Below, piece after piece: positions 11,596 to 25,517 of a stretch of 64,000 nucleotides of DNA. The number at the start of each line of letters is the position of its first letter. Position 1 is the stretch's first letter. Location: assembly GCA_016748015.1 (NCBI GenBank), contig JAAOMT010000258.1:188173-252172 (forward strand), in the 5' to 3' direction. The stretch is from Geosiphon pyriformis uo1. Lineage: Eukaryota; Fungi; Glomeromycota. The notes beneath the pieces were generated by a model. The model did no database searches. It worked only from the letters and a program-made list of their open reading frames with translations, and was not told the DNA's origin. The position numbers were made by a program, and so were the translations under genes.

Positions 11596-12490
11596 TGTTA
11601 TTCATAAAAATTAGAAATATTATAGTTAAAAAAATAGCCAATTAGAAATAAGCATAATAACAAAAAAATTTCAGAATTTTTCTAAAGGAATTACAAGATT
11701 CCAAAATCCCAGAATTCTAAGATTTCTTTAAAAGAATTGCAAAGATTCCAAAAATTTCATAAAACACTAATTATATATATATAACAATAACATTAAAAGT
11801 AAGAAAAGACAAAATTCAGTTTCAGTTTAGTATTTTCTTTTTTATCTATTAATTAACCTTACTTTACAGATAGTTATTATCTACCAAAGTACATTTATTA
11901 ACAAAATACCAAATAAAACATATTTATTATCATCCAATTTATGTTGCTATTATTTGTTTGAAAATTTAATCACTTTTTTATTTATTAATACTTTATGTTA
12001 ATAACATTTAATATTTAACTATATTAAAACAATAGCTCTTAATTATAACTATTAACAGAATACTAATTTCTTATTTTTTTATTTTTTTTTATTTTTTTTT
12101 GTTGTTTGTGATTTACTAACTGATTAAAAAGATTAAGTACTAAGTAATTAACATCAATAGGATTGGTAAAAGACTCAGAAATAAAGATAGACAATTCAGA
12201 ATTTAAAGATAGCTTACCAGAGAACCAACCATTAAGCTAAGAAGAAAATTGATAGAATAAAACATTTTGGAAGGCTATGGACACCAAAACATACCAACTT
12301 GAGAATTGAAAAAAAAACTAGAAACAACATCAAAGGATATTACCATTGAATTTCTGTTCATTATACAAAAGACTTAACCAAAACTTTCAGATTACAAAAA
12401 CTTTTAGATACTACTAATATTATCAAGCTATTGAGCACCAAGTTACAGATTTGTTATTTGTTTTCATATCCTAAATAATCACCTATAACA
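11596..12490 (+). repeat. 5' LTR of Gypsy-B (family B)
   Basis: TGTTATTC...TATAACA; collinear with 20,707-21,640. Confidence 0.95.
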
Positions 12491-12499
12491 TTTGATGTT

Positions 12500-14300
12500 T
12501 TTTGTAAGGTATAATTTAACAGAAAACTAGCACTAACAGCAATTATCTAAAACAGTAACAGAATCAGAAGTAATAAAAACAAACTACTTAGAATTCACAA
12601 AAGCTTTATTTCAATACTATTAATTCTACTTAGAATTAACAAGTAATTATTGGTCAGCAGAATTAACTTTCAATTTCTATGTCAACAAAAGGATCAAATC
12701 TCACTTAGAAGACCAAAGAAATCTGAAAGCAGTACTTATTAATTTTTATAGTGAATTATTTCAAAGCATTATGCTTTTACAAAATTATTTGTTTGCCCCA
12801 ATAATCATAAAAATCAACAGAGAAATTAAAAAACACACCAAACAGAAATTTATTATTATTTTTATAGACAATAACAAAGAAAAATTACAAATACCAGCAG
12901 GAATACTATAAAACATACAACCATCTACATAGAAGAAACCAAAAGTAGTTTTATCTATTTATCTGTCATACTATTATATATTAGAAAGTATTATCAACAT
13001 AATATCAGCAGGTGTATTTACATCAACTACAAAACTACTATTAATAAAAATAATATTTTAAAGCCAACAAAAAAAAGCTGATTTATTGAGAACTTATGGT
13101 AATTATTTTAAAAAATTTAAATTATAATTACTAATACTATTAAGATTTTAATCACCACCATTTCAACCCAATTTTAAAGCCACTAGTTTTTGGAAAATAA
13201 CTGACTTAAAAGAAAAAAAAAATAAAAATTAAAAATTTAATTACCAAAATCTAATTCCAGAAAACCAGAAATACAAACTCTGATTATTCCAACTCAGCAA
13301 AATTAGAACAATCTAAATCTCATTTCTATTATTTCTCAAAACTTACTTTCAGTAATCATAATCAATCCACTACCAGTTGCATTAATTGTTAAATCTTAAC
13401 AACAGCTGCAACCACCCCAACAATAACTTCAACTACAACTACAACAACAATTAATAATAGTATTGATGGCATATGCTCCTATTACCAAATTAGAAAAGTT
13501 TACTGGCAAAAAAAACAATGTCTAAGTCTGGCTTAATAACATTGCCAAAACAATCATGGTTAATAATTGAGACAATGTCAGAGCTTTATAAGCTATCCTA
13601 TACTTTTTGCAAAATACTGTCAATTTGTGATATTAGAGTTTAATCAACAAATCTGTCATCTTTAATGCATTTAAAATAGAATTTTTAAGATATTTTAGCA
13701 ATAATAATAGTATTAATTGCTTGATAATGACATTTACAACTATTAAACAAGGTAACACAAAAGCAGTCACCACTTACCTAGAATGCTTCCATAAAAATCT
13801 GCACTAAATACAAGCAATTAACACAAATTACTTTATAGTATCACAAATTTTGAACCAGTTTATCCATGGCTTATATAATAGTATTTTACAATACATATAT
13901 TAACTGTATCTATAAACACTTTAAGATGCAATTAACTATGTCAGAGATTTTGAATTAGTTGAGCAGAAAACTAACCATACCCAAATCATAAATCTAGTAA
14001 TAAATAGATCATCTGACTTGGATTCCAAATTGAAACAATTTAGCAATTCAATTAATCAAAAATTGAAAAAATACTTAACTAGCAATCAAACAATTTATCA
14101 ATTTCTACAACATTACAAAAATCCAAAAAATTTTAACCATGTTCAACAACAGTTATGTCTATTATCACCGAATCAACAGTGACAACTGGAAATGTAAAAT
14201 TGTTATCATTGTAGTAGACAAGACTATCTAAAAATAGATTGTTATTTTAAAAAAAATAATTAATGATCAGAAAATCAATATTGGAAATTCTGATTACAGA
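12500..14300 (+). pseudogene. gag: Gag (N-terminal extension, capsid-like domain, CCHC knuckle)
   Basis: MAYAPITKLEKFTG..VWLNNIAKTI..N*DNVRAL; decayed knuckle CYHCSRQDYLKIDC at about 14,200. Confidence 0.88.
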
Positions 14301-14849
14301 TTTCAAATTTCAAACTATGCCAGTAATCAATTACTTAAACAATAACAATATTAACCAGATTACTTTTAAATAACACAGCCAATTTATTAACTACTAATCT
14401 ATTAGACATTAACATCAGTAATTTATCAACCACCCCAGCCCCAAATTATTTATTAGCCCCAACCAAATCAAAATTAATTCCAAAACCTACCTTAAAATAG
14501 AAGTTAAAGACCAAAAACTACTTAGATCTATTAGAATTGGCAATCAATGATAGTAATACACCAATTAATCTCCAATTTAGCAGTCTAACAATCTAGAACA
14601 CAGCAACCAAATTCAAAAACCAACTACACCTAAAATCTAAATATTTAATACTATTTAAGTCTCTTGGTATCTCCAAAAATTATTACACTCAACTTATTAG
14701 AAACCAATTAAGAACAAACTATACCTATTAGCAATATTCTACCAATTATTATTAGAGAAAACAAATTACTTGCTGCAATATTTTTCTTTGAAATAGAAAA
14801 ACTAATTCTTACACTCTTATTTAGTCAAGCCATCTTTGAAGTTAAACTT

Positions 14850-15230
14850 ATTACAGCTATGTACACAGATGCCAAAATAGATGGCCACCCAATCAAATTA
14901 ATTTTGAATAGTAGTTTAATAAGTAATATTATTACATAACAACTTATAGACTAATTAGGTCACTAAGTTAACTGTATTGCCAGCACCAGAATTATCACAG
15001 CTAATGTAGTCACTAAAACACCTATTGGAGAGATTAATAATTTTTCTTTTAAAGTCAATGGCATTATTGTATCCATCAAAATATTGATAATAAAAGCCAC
15101 TTAGTACCAAATTCTAGTTAGTAATAACTGGCTGTTTAAGACCAATGCTGTACTAAACTGGAATACTCAGAAATTACAACTGAGCTAAAACAGTCAGAGA
15201 ATTCGAGTACTAGTCACTTATAAACATTTC
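14850..15230 (+). pseudogene. Retropepsin aspartic protease
   Basis: AMYTDAKIDGHPIKLILNSSL (decayed D-S-G) ... ILVSNNWL; homologous to 632-960 on the minus strand. Confidence 0.85.
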
Positions 15231-16363
15231 AAGACCACTACCAATAAGCAGCCACTGATCAAATTAGAAGAAAAAAAAAAACCTACTTAAAAAGCATATC
15301 AAGTATTGTGAGCTAAAAAAGAACATAATGAGCTATTGCCAATTCTATTATAGGATGACAAAAAAAAAGGAAAAAAAAGAACAAACCACAAATCATTACC
15401 AATACCAGTGAAACTACCAATAGTTGGCATATACTGTACTTAATAGACACAAGAAAGAAACTATCTTATATTCTTTTTAGGTGTATTAACTGCAAAAAAA
15501 ACTGTTATTTATAAAAGCTTAGATAACACCAGATAAAAACTACTAGATACATATCTGTTATTACTGCAAACTATATTACTAAAAACATTTTGATTACCCA
15601 AAATAACAAAGAAAGTAGAACAATAAACCATGTTTTATTTGTGAAGAAATATTACTTGACAAAAAAATGTAAAACAACATTTCTGGTCAAGGAAGAATGT
15701 GTGATGTATTATGTTAATACACAATTCTTATTAGCAATTGGGTGAGCTGAGAAATATTTTTTAATGCTGCATGAAACCAAGTACTTTCATGCTTAAATAG
15801 TTATTCACATAATAAAAACGAAATCTGGTAAATAACAAGTGCCAAAATTGAAAATACATTGTCCAGTGAAATATTAGTGATTAAGAACAACTTATTAGAA
15901 CTGGTTAAAACTATTCTTATTTTCAATCCAGATATATTTTTTGATATTTTAAATAATTCAGAACAATTCCATAAACACTATTAAGATCTAGCACTCACTA
16001 GAAAAGAGCAAAAGCAGTATTTAGAACAATTAAACACAAGACTTTATAAATATTGTTTAATTTTTAGTAACTTCGAATATTGTAATGATTGTGATTTCAT
16101 TCACAATTTACTATTACACATAATCTATTTAATTTCTAAAAAAAGAACCAATCAGCAAGTGTACAACAGAATCAAAATCAAAATTCAATCATAATTTAGA
16201 CTTTGATAATAATGACAATAACAGTTCCAATTCTGTTCAATATGACAACAACAACAATGATTCAAAATTCGATTATAACTCCAAACAATATATTGCACTT
16301 CCAGATCTGTTAATGGAACAAGAACTAAAATAATTTAGTGATAATAAGAAAGATATTATATCA

Positions 16364-16750
16364 AAACATGTACATAATACTGATACAAAGTTTGATCTCA
16401 AATATCCAGAAAAAATGACCATCAAATTAGAACCATATTTACACATTAGCATTAATCTGAAAATAGTATTGGAAATTCTGACAACAATAATGGTTCAATT
16501 AGTTTTTAGATCTAGTTTAATGAAGAAAGAAATCAACATTAAAGAAGGAATAATTAATGCAGAATATATAGAAAATATCATTGCAATACTACAAAATGAT
16601 TTAGAAAAACCATATATAATTAAACCAAATAAAAAAATAGCACAGGCAATATTCCTATCTTTGGTAAAAATAGCTTATTTAGTGTCAATAAAAACAAGAA
16701 AAAAATTAAAGATTACAGCCAAAGAGAAAAATAAATTCAAACCAACAAAT
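16364..16750 (+). pseudogene. Trimeric dUTPase domain within Gypsy-B pol
   Basis: Five decayed motifs in order: DTKFDL (AGxDL), RSSL, GIINAEYIENI (GxIDxxYxG), KIAQAI, KEKNKFKPT (RGxxGFGST). Confidence 0.88.
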
Positions 16751-17249
16751 AGAATAAACATACCAGTCAATATGGCAAAGAAAAAAGCAATTGATAAAAA
16801 AAAAATTATCTTCATCTATCAATTAGTTTCTATTTCACCATATGACTAGTATATATTAGTAATAAAAGTAAGGAACCAGTTCTAAATTTTTGAAGTAGAA
16901 CTAACTATTTGTGAATCAGAGAAAATTAGAATTACCAATTTTTACATACTGGCCAAGAACTGTAAACACATCAAAATTCTTATCTACAATACAATTAGAA
17001 ACATTATTGAAATACTAAATAGAACCACCATCAAATACTTGAACACTAAAGTTAAGAACCAACTACCAAACATTATTCCAGATTTTTCACAACTGTGCAG
17101 ATATATGAATATTACATCACAAATCATATATAGACAAAAAGAATATTATTTATTCTAACTAAAACAATAGAACCAAATAAATTTGGAAAACTTAGATCCA
17201 CTTTAATGTATGCAATTAAAATGCTTTTCAACAATTTCACTAACATATT

Positions 17250-18540
17250 TGCCAGTGAAAATGAATTTGGCAAAACTAATATCATTTAACACCAAATTAA
17301 AACTAAAGATATAATACTAATAAAACAATATGCATACTAAGTATTACTAACAAGCCATAAAATTATCTAACAAAAAATCAACAGAATGTTAGACAATAAG
17401 TTAATTCAATTATTAATAAGTCCATGATCATTACCAGTGGTATTAGTTCAGAAAAAAATGGGAAAATTTGCTTTTGTGTGGATTACAAAAAACTCAACAG
17501 TATAATTTACAGAAACAGTTATTCAACTCCATAAATTCAAGAACTATTTGATGCATTTAGAAAAAAGAAATGGCTTTTAACACTAGATCTAAACAGTAAT
17601 TATTGGCAAGTAGTCATAAATTTAGCTGACAAAGAAAAAACAGTGTTCACAACCAGAGAAGAAAACTTTGAATTTGATATTATGTCTTTTGGTTTAATAA
17701 ATACTCTAACTATCTTTCAATAACTAATAAAAATTGTTTATATGAAATTATTATAGAAATTAATAGTAGTCTACTTAGATAACATTAATGTATTTTCCAA
17801 AACATTCAACAATTATCTTCACTATCTTTAGCAAGTATTTAAGAGATTAAAAAGAGTCAGATTAAAATTGAATGCGACCAAATGCTTTTTTAGAAAAACT
17901 GAATTCAAGTTTTTGGGACATGTTGTGAGCAAAGATGGCATCAAAACAAATTCAGATAAGATTGAAATTGTCAAAAACTTTTCAATATTAACAAATCTCA
18001 CAGAATTAAAAGCATTTTTGGAATTTGCTAAATACTATTGTTGCTTTATTCAAAATTTTTCCAAACTAACTTAACTATTTTACCAGCTCTAAGCAAAAAA
18101 TGTAAAATATGAATAGACTAAAATTCAACAAGAAGCTTTTAATATCTTGAAAAGAAAGCTTATTTAAGCACCAGTACTAATTTATCCAAATTATAGTAAA
18201 CCATTTATTATTACTATTAATGTATTAGGTCAAGTATTAGGAGTTGTATTATCACAAAAAAGACCAAATAGAAAAGAACATCTAATAGCATATACCAGCC
18301 AAAGCTTAAGCCCAGTTGAAAAAAACTATGGAATTCTAGCATTAAAACATTTGGCTATCTATTGAACTGTTATTAAATAGAAGGAATACTTAAGTAAAAA
18401 GCTTAATATATATATTAATCACAAAGAATTAACATTAATTCAAAAGCAAAAATTTGGAGATAATTACTATGCAAGATAGAAAATAGAACTATTACTATTT
18501 AATTATACAGTATATTATAAAAAAGAAAAAAAATAGAAAT
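17250..18540 (+). pseudogene. pol: Reverse transcriptase and RNase H of Gypsy-B
   Basis: SP*SLPVVLVQKK, FCVDYKKLN, LDLNSNYWQV, MSFGL, VYLDNI (YLDD), FLGHVVS; RH GVVLSQ..HLIAYTSQSL..EKNY. Confidence 0.93.
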
Positions 18541-18819
18541 ATTAATAGTTTGTTGTAAATGAAACAAATTTAAGAATATTTTAACTCAAAAATATAACAA
18601 AAAATGAATACACAAAAATATCAACAGCTCCAATATTATATTAATACTCAACAATTCAAAAAAAATTATCTTAAAAAAAACAAATTAACATAAAACAACA
18701 ATTAAAATATTTTATTATTTATCAAAATATATTATATTAAAAGAACAAAAAATATTTAAATTAGTCATTTAAAGTTATTACAAAACCAGAAAAAAAAACA
18801 ATACTATTTAATATGTATT

Positions 18820-19850
18820 CAAATTTAACAGCAGAATATTTTCATAAAGAAGCAATCATAAAAAAAAACCAAAAAAAAATACTATTGACCATTAATGTAT
18901 TCAAATATTATTTAATATGTTCAAAATTGTAATGTTTGCCAAAGAAGAAAAAAGACAAGACTCAGTCAACCACTAAGACCAATTAAAGTGGGACAACTAT
19001 TTGATTGAATTGAAATTGACTTAGTTAGACTATTAACAATAACCAGCAGAAACAACTATTATATAACAGTAATCATGAACTATCTTACAAAATAGCCAGA
19101 AGCAAAAGCAATTTAAAAAGCAGATACAAAATTCATAACTGAATTTATTCACCAAGATTTAATTTGTCAATACAGATGTCTAAAAAAATTACTATCAAAT
19201 TAAAGAATACATTTTGTGAACAGAATATTAACAAAATTAAGCCAAAAATTTGGAATCAAAAGACTATTATCATCTTTATATCATTTACAAACAAATGGCT
19301 TAGTAGAAAGATTTAACAAAACATTGTATAAAATAATAGCCAAGATCAGCCAAAAAAACCAGAATAAATAGAATTTGTTTATACTATTAATACTATTTGC
19401 ATATTAGATAATGAAGCAAGATACTATATAAACAACACTATTTGAACTTGTTTATAGTAGAACAACAACATTACTAGTTAAGATAAACATCAACACATAT
19501 CTAATACAACCAATAATAGAAGTCAACTTCCAAAAAATATTGCTAAAAAAACATATAAACTAATAAAAACATTAGAAACACAAAAAAAAATCAGCTAATA
19601 ATATTCAAAAATTATAGAAAAAACAAAAAAAATAACATGATAATTAATTATCAGACAAACCAGTTGAATTCAAGATTAAAGACAAAGTACTTTTATATTA
19701 TACCAAAGTGGAAAAACAATGGAGTGGAAAATTTGACTTCAAATAAAATAAACCATTTCACATTGAAAAAATTCTAAGAATAAAACTTATAAACTAAGAT
19801 AGAACAACAAAATTTTAGCTAAAGCAATATATATATTGACTAAAACCATA
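18820..19850 (+). pseudogene. Integrase of Gypsy-B
   Basis: YY*PLMY..YVQNCNVCQRR (HHCC end), IEIDLV, YHLQTNGLVERFNKTL, TLFELVYSR, GPY/F-like SGKFDFK..PFHI. Confidence 0.9.
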
Positions 19851-20690
19851 CTACACTATAGTATTATCATCTATTAATAATATTTTACAACTGAAAGTAC
19901 AAAGAATACTAGTTAAACCAGAGGAGATTCTATAAGATCTAAAACCAATTATTATTATTGAAACAAACATATTAAATTAAGCTACCAAAATAGTATATAA
20001 AAAACCAAAACATATAGAAAAAAAAATAACAAGAAAAGATAAAAATCACCAACAATATTTATTCATTTGCACAACAACTATTACAACTAATTAAACAACA
20101 GAAATTAAGCTTGGAAATTATCATCAATAAACACATAATACAATATAAAACAAAAAAACACCACAAAAAAACCAAACCAAAAAACAATATTCCAAATACT
20201 ATACTTTCAAGAATACTGTAGATAAAATAATAGAAAAAATAAAAAAACCATTGAAAAATATCAGAATACTAATATTAGAAAAAGAATTAATCTTAAAAAT
20301 TGGAACCAATAGATACAATAAATTTTAAAAAACTTTTATTACTATTAGTTAGAACAACAGTCAAGCATTAAAAATTTGTATACTAACAATACAAAAATAA
20401 AATTTGACCTAATTTGACTATAACAAATTGAACAACTTGTTAGAAAAAACAATCTATTCACATATACAAGAACTATTTACCAGTTATGAATAAAATTTCA
20501 AGACAGACCAGAAATATTACTATATTTAACAATAGATATTGTAACAATTAATTAATTGAGAAAATTAACCAATGTCTAATTTAAAAAATTACAGACCAAA
20601 ATTACAAAAGCAATTCTGAAAAAAGAAGTTATAAAGCTAATCCAAAAGAGAAATCTAGAAAGTTTAGAAATTTTAATGGAGTTTAATATT

Positions 20691-20706
20691 AAAAAGAAGG
20701 GAATAA
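20691..20706 (+). promoter_or_regulatory. Polypurine tract
   Basis: AAAAAGAAGGGAATAA immediately 5' of the 3' LTR. Confidence 0.85.
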
Positions 20707-21640
20707 TATTATTTATAGAAATTAAGAATATTATAGTTAAAGAAATAGCCAATTAGAAATAGACATAGTAACAAAAAAATTCCAAGATTCTTTTAAAGAA
20801 ATTACAGGATTCTAAAATCCCAAAATCCTAAGATTCTTTGCAAAAAATTGCAGAATTTCAGAATTCCAAAATTCTTTTAAAGAAATCACAAGGATTCCAG
20901 GAATCTTATAAAACACCAACTATGTATATATAGCAGTAGTATTAAAAGCAAAAAAAGACAGAATTTAGTTCTAGTTTAGCATTTTTTTTTCTATTTATTA
21001 ATTAACTCTCACTTTATGAATAATTATTATCCACCAAAGTATATTCATTAACAGAATACCAAATAAAACATATTTATTATTATCCAATTCATGTTGCTAT
21101 CATTTGTTTAAGAATTTAATCACTCCTTCATTTATTAATACTTCATGTTGATAATATTCAACACTTAACTACACTAGAACAATAGCTCTTAATTATAACT
21201 ATTAACAAGATACTAATTTTTTATTTTTTTATTTTTATTTTTTATTTTTTGTTGTTTGTAATTTATTAATTAATTAAAAAGATTAAATGCTAAGCAATTA
21301 ACATCAACAAGACTGGTAAAAGACTCAGAAATAAGAATAAACAACTTAAAATTTAAGAATAACTTACCAGGAAACTGGCTACCAAGCTGAAAAAGAAATT
21401 GACAGAATAAAACATTCCAAAATACTATGGATACCAAAACATACTAACTTGAAAGTTGAAAAAAAAACTAAAAATAATACCAAAAGATATTATTATTAAA
21501 TCTCTGTTTATTATACAAAAAACTCAACCAAAACCTTCAGATTATAAAAATTTTTAGATACTATTAACATTATCAAGCTATTAAGTATCAAGTTATGGGT
21601 TTGTTATTTGTTTCTATATTCCAAATAATCATTTATAATA
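20707..21640 (+). repeat. 3' LTR of Gypsy-B
   Basis: Collinear with the 5' LTR, with an extra unit in the internal GATTCC/GAATTC-type tandem region; followed by TSD GTAT. Confidence 0.95.
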
Positions 21641-21649
21641 GTATACAAA

Positions 21650-24050
21650 AATAATATTAAACTAGTTTAACATAAATTTACATCTTTAAAAACTGAAATT
21701 AAATGAATAATTGTCTTTTTAAAAGTAGTAAAATTAAAACAAACCAAAATACAATGTTTTTATGTATATATAACTAAATTATATGAAATAATACAAGTTT
21801 TTTTATTTTATATATATATAAAAAAGTATAATATTAATTTCTTAAATTTCATATTTGTTTATTAATATTAATTTTAATAATATATACAAAGTTTTTTTTT
21901 CCAAAAATTAATTATTTAAAAATAATTGGTTTAGTAGTATTAGTATTTTTAAATTGTTTTTTGATTGTTATAATCTTATTAAATTTAACTAATATCAATA
22001 TTAAAATTAATTTAAGAAAATTAACTGAAATTTTCTTAATAATTACTTTTTAATCTAATTTTATATTAACTTTTTTAAGATTAATATTTACCAAAATATT
22101 TTTATTAATAACAAATTTTTTAATTTTAACTAAACTTAATTCAAAAATAAATATAGATCAAATAATACTATGAAATTTTGAAAAAATTAAAGTTTTTAAA
22201 ATTATTAATCAAATAAAATTTTTTTTTAATATATTTAAGCTTATTTTTTAATAACTTATTAACTATTAACATAAAATTAATATTTAAAACAAATAACTTG
22301 ATTTAATTAAAGCATTTTTTGTTTATGCTTAAAACTATAAAATACAAAATAAATACAACTAATTAAATAATAAGAAATTGAAAACTTTTTTATTATTTAA
22401 AACATTAAAAAATAATTTTTTTAGTGGTTTTTTTAAACTATAAAGTCTAATATTTATTTGTTATTATTAAAATCATTAAACTTAATAATATTGGTTTTTT
22501 TTACCAATATATTTTTTATATTTTTAATATTTAAAATACTATTAATACTGTTTTTTTTATTTTTTATTTTATTATTTTAGAAATAATATATAAACTTACC
22601 ATTATTAATAAGTATTTTTATAACTATAAAATTTATTAACAAGTTAATAATCTTGGTTTTTATAGCAAACTTCTTGGTTTTTTTGTCTAAACTTCTTAAT
22701 ATATAAATTTAATATAAATTTTTTTGTAATAATATAATTAGTTAACATTTTAATTAAAAATTTAAATAATAACAAATCTAAAATAAAAAATTATTTTAGT
22801 ATTAAAAAAAAGTAAAATAGTTAAATATAAATACAAAATAAAAAAAATTAAATGAACTTTTTTTTTCAAATTTTTATGCTCTTATTGTGAACAGAAAATC
22901 AATAAAAAAATGAGATTTTATTAATTATAATAGTTATAAATATATATAAAATATATATAAAATATATATAAAATAATAAATAAAATAAAAAATTAAATAC
23001 TTAAACAAATTTATAATAAATAAATATTAAAAATTAGTTAAATAAAATAAAAGCATTCAATTTATTTAATTTAATAAATTTAAAAAAGTTTTAACATAAA
23101 TTTAAATAATTAACATATATAAACAAAATATAAATATTATTAATATTATAAAAATAAAATATTTAATTTAATTAATTATATTAATTATGAATTAAATTGT
23201 GTTGCTAAGTATTTAAATATGAATTTATTTAATAATAATTGAATTAAAACTGTTAATATTTAATATTTTAATATTTATATAACTTTTGAATCTGCTGGCA
23301 AAATTTTTTTTAATGTTTATATATATTGAAAAACTTTACATAAAAAATTAATAATTAGTATTAAAAAAAACTTTATAATTTTGAATATTCAGCATTTTTT
23401 GCATTTAGTATAAAGAAAAAAATTTTAATCATGTTTTTTAAATGTAAAAATAAGTTAAAAAGAGATTTAATTATCTTAAAAAATATGGTTTTCTTAAAAA
23501 AATTTTTTTTAGTATATATTATAGTTAATATCTTAAACTCATAAAAATTTTGCTTGTGTTAAAAGATTTTGTAATTATTAATGTTATAAAAATGTTTAGC
23601 TATTACTTTAAAAAAAATTATTTATTGGTTTGATTAAGAATAGTCAATTAGTTTTTAATAACTTTAATGCTACAAAGATTGTCAAAAATGTTTTTGGCAT
23701 TTTTGTAAAGCTGTCTGTATAATATAATCTAATATTCGTAAATGCATAATAAAAAAATAAAATAAAAAATAAAAATTTTTTATTACAATAATATTTTACA
23801 AAATTTAGTAATATAATAAAAATTAAATTAATCATTTAATTTTGTAAATAATTTAAATAATTTATATATACAAGTTATTTCTTAAGTTTTTATTATCATA
23901 AAATAAAAATTTATTCAACAAATTTGGATTAAGAACAAAAATAAACAGAACCAAAAATATATTAATTATGTAATTAAGAATAATTAATAAATTTATATAA
24001 TTTTTAATTTTTAAATCAATTAAAATTATGGATGTAATGTGATTTTTTAC
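21650..24050. repeat. Extremely AT-rich eroded sequence
   Basis: Very low GC, almost no CpG, only spurious short ORFs. Confidence 0.5.
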
Positions 24051-25517
24051 GTTGCAAACAAATATATTTATGTGATGACATTTACACATTTACATATTTT
24101 TTATGGAGCATATATGTTAAATCACATTTAAATAATCACATATAGATTATGAACATGATTTTTAGGTGTGAATTTTTACATGATTAGCTTTCATAGATTA
24201 AAAGTTGGTTTGCGAAAGAAGTGTTATTAAAATTGATTATTACTATTTTTATGAGAGTCCAAAACTGATAAAGGTTGAAGGTATTAGGTCGAGAATCATT
24301 TCCTTCGCCTATGGTAATTTCTTTCATTAATATTATCAATATATCAAGCAACACAGGACATCTGTGTGACATTAATAGAAATCTTGCTGCACGCAATAAA
24401 CAGGCTATCGTAAATCTTTCCATTTTCAATACAGCTATCGGAACTTTGTTTTGGAAAACAAAGTAATTCATGATAGTGATTATTGTGCTCGTCTCAAATA
24501 AGAACAATGTTTCTTGATGGGATTTTTTCCGGGCTATACAAAGAAGCTCAAGTCTCTTTCATCTGAAATATGAACATCGGGAAATTGTCGCGTTGGTCTA
24601 TAGTTAAATTGATGAAAAGATCAAAACTTTGTCACAACTTCTTTGTATCCTGCATGCTGTTGTCATTAAGCAGCAATTTGGGAGGCAGATGCGTATGTTT
24701 GATGCTTGTCCAGCTATAGTTAAGACCTATGAGATCTATTGATGGATGTTGATTAGCGTCATGCAAATTCACTCTTTTATGGGGTGTATCCTAATCTTCT
24801 GATCCATCACGTTGAAGTTCCCAGACTTGAAATCAAATCTCCTTGAATAATCTTTCTTTCATCGAGATATTGGTATAGAAGGAAGCCAAACCCTTTGTAC
24901 ACAATGAAACCTCGATAACGCATCCTATTAAGATTCGATGGTATAATTCTTCGAAGGAAAAAACAGAAAAGAAATTTGATATCGATGATTCCCAATAATA
25001 TATAGGAATCTTATTTCAAATAGTTGTATTGAGATTTACAAATGTTTTCTGTTACATGGAATTTGAATATTACCGAGTAACTGAGCTAAATTTTTCACCG
25101 AAGCTAAAAAGGTTCTGAGTCAACTCGAATCTCAACTAAATTCCTTAAAATGATGGCGGGAATTTTATAAACAAAAAAATGAAACAATCGACACATCGAA
25201 AATCTCAGAGATCAATAAAATTTACAAAAAACTTGGTTATTCTCGAAGTTGTCTATTTAATACATTTCCGAAATTGTCAAAATTTCCAAATTCGCCACTT
25301 GAGCACCTAATAAGGATTGAAATTCTCAGAGTAAAAAAATATGATGTGGTTTCGAGCTAAGTTTAAGAAATCAAAGAATTGATCGCCAACTACTCAGTTT
25401 TACTCTTGAAATTCAACCTATTTTCGTATCATTCATTAGCGCCCTGCGAACAAAAGATACGATGGATCACGAAGAAACAAATAAACAAATACATAGATAT
25501 CTCATAAATAATTGCTC

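Larger units (their letters stand above)
11596..21640 (+). mobile_element. Full-length Ty3/Gypsy LTR retrotransposon (Gypsy-B, about 10.0 kb) with dUTPase; degenerate
   Basis: LTRs 11,596-12,490 and 20,707-21,640; TSD GTAT on both sides; decayed PBS after TAACA; PPT AAAAAGAAGGGAATAA; domain order Gag-PR-(Cys-rich)-dUTPase-RT-RH-IN. Confidence 0.96.

Noticed and set aside
11660-11770. Short tandem GATTCC/GAATTC-like repeats as a possible CRISPR-like array
   Set aside because: Degenerate tandem units inside an LTR, no unique spacers, eukaryotic context
24184-24995. 107-aa and 62-aa ORFs as a gene
   Set aside because: No recognisable domain, stops in the frames tried, no convincing splice model; left unannotated
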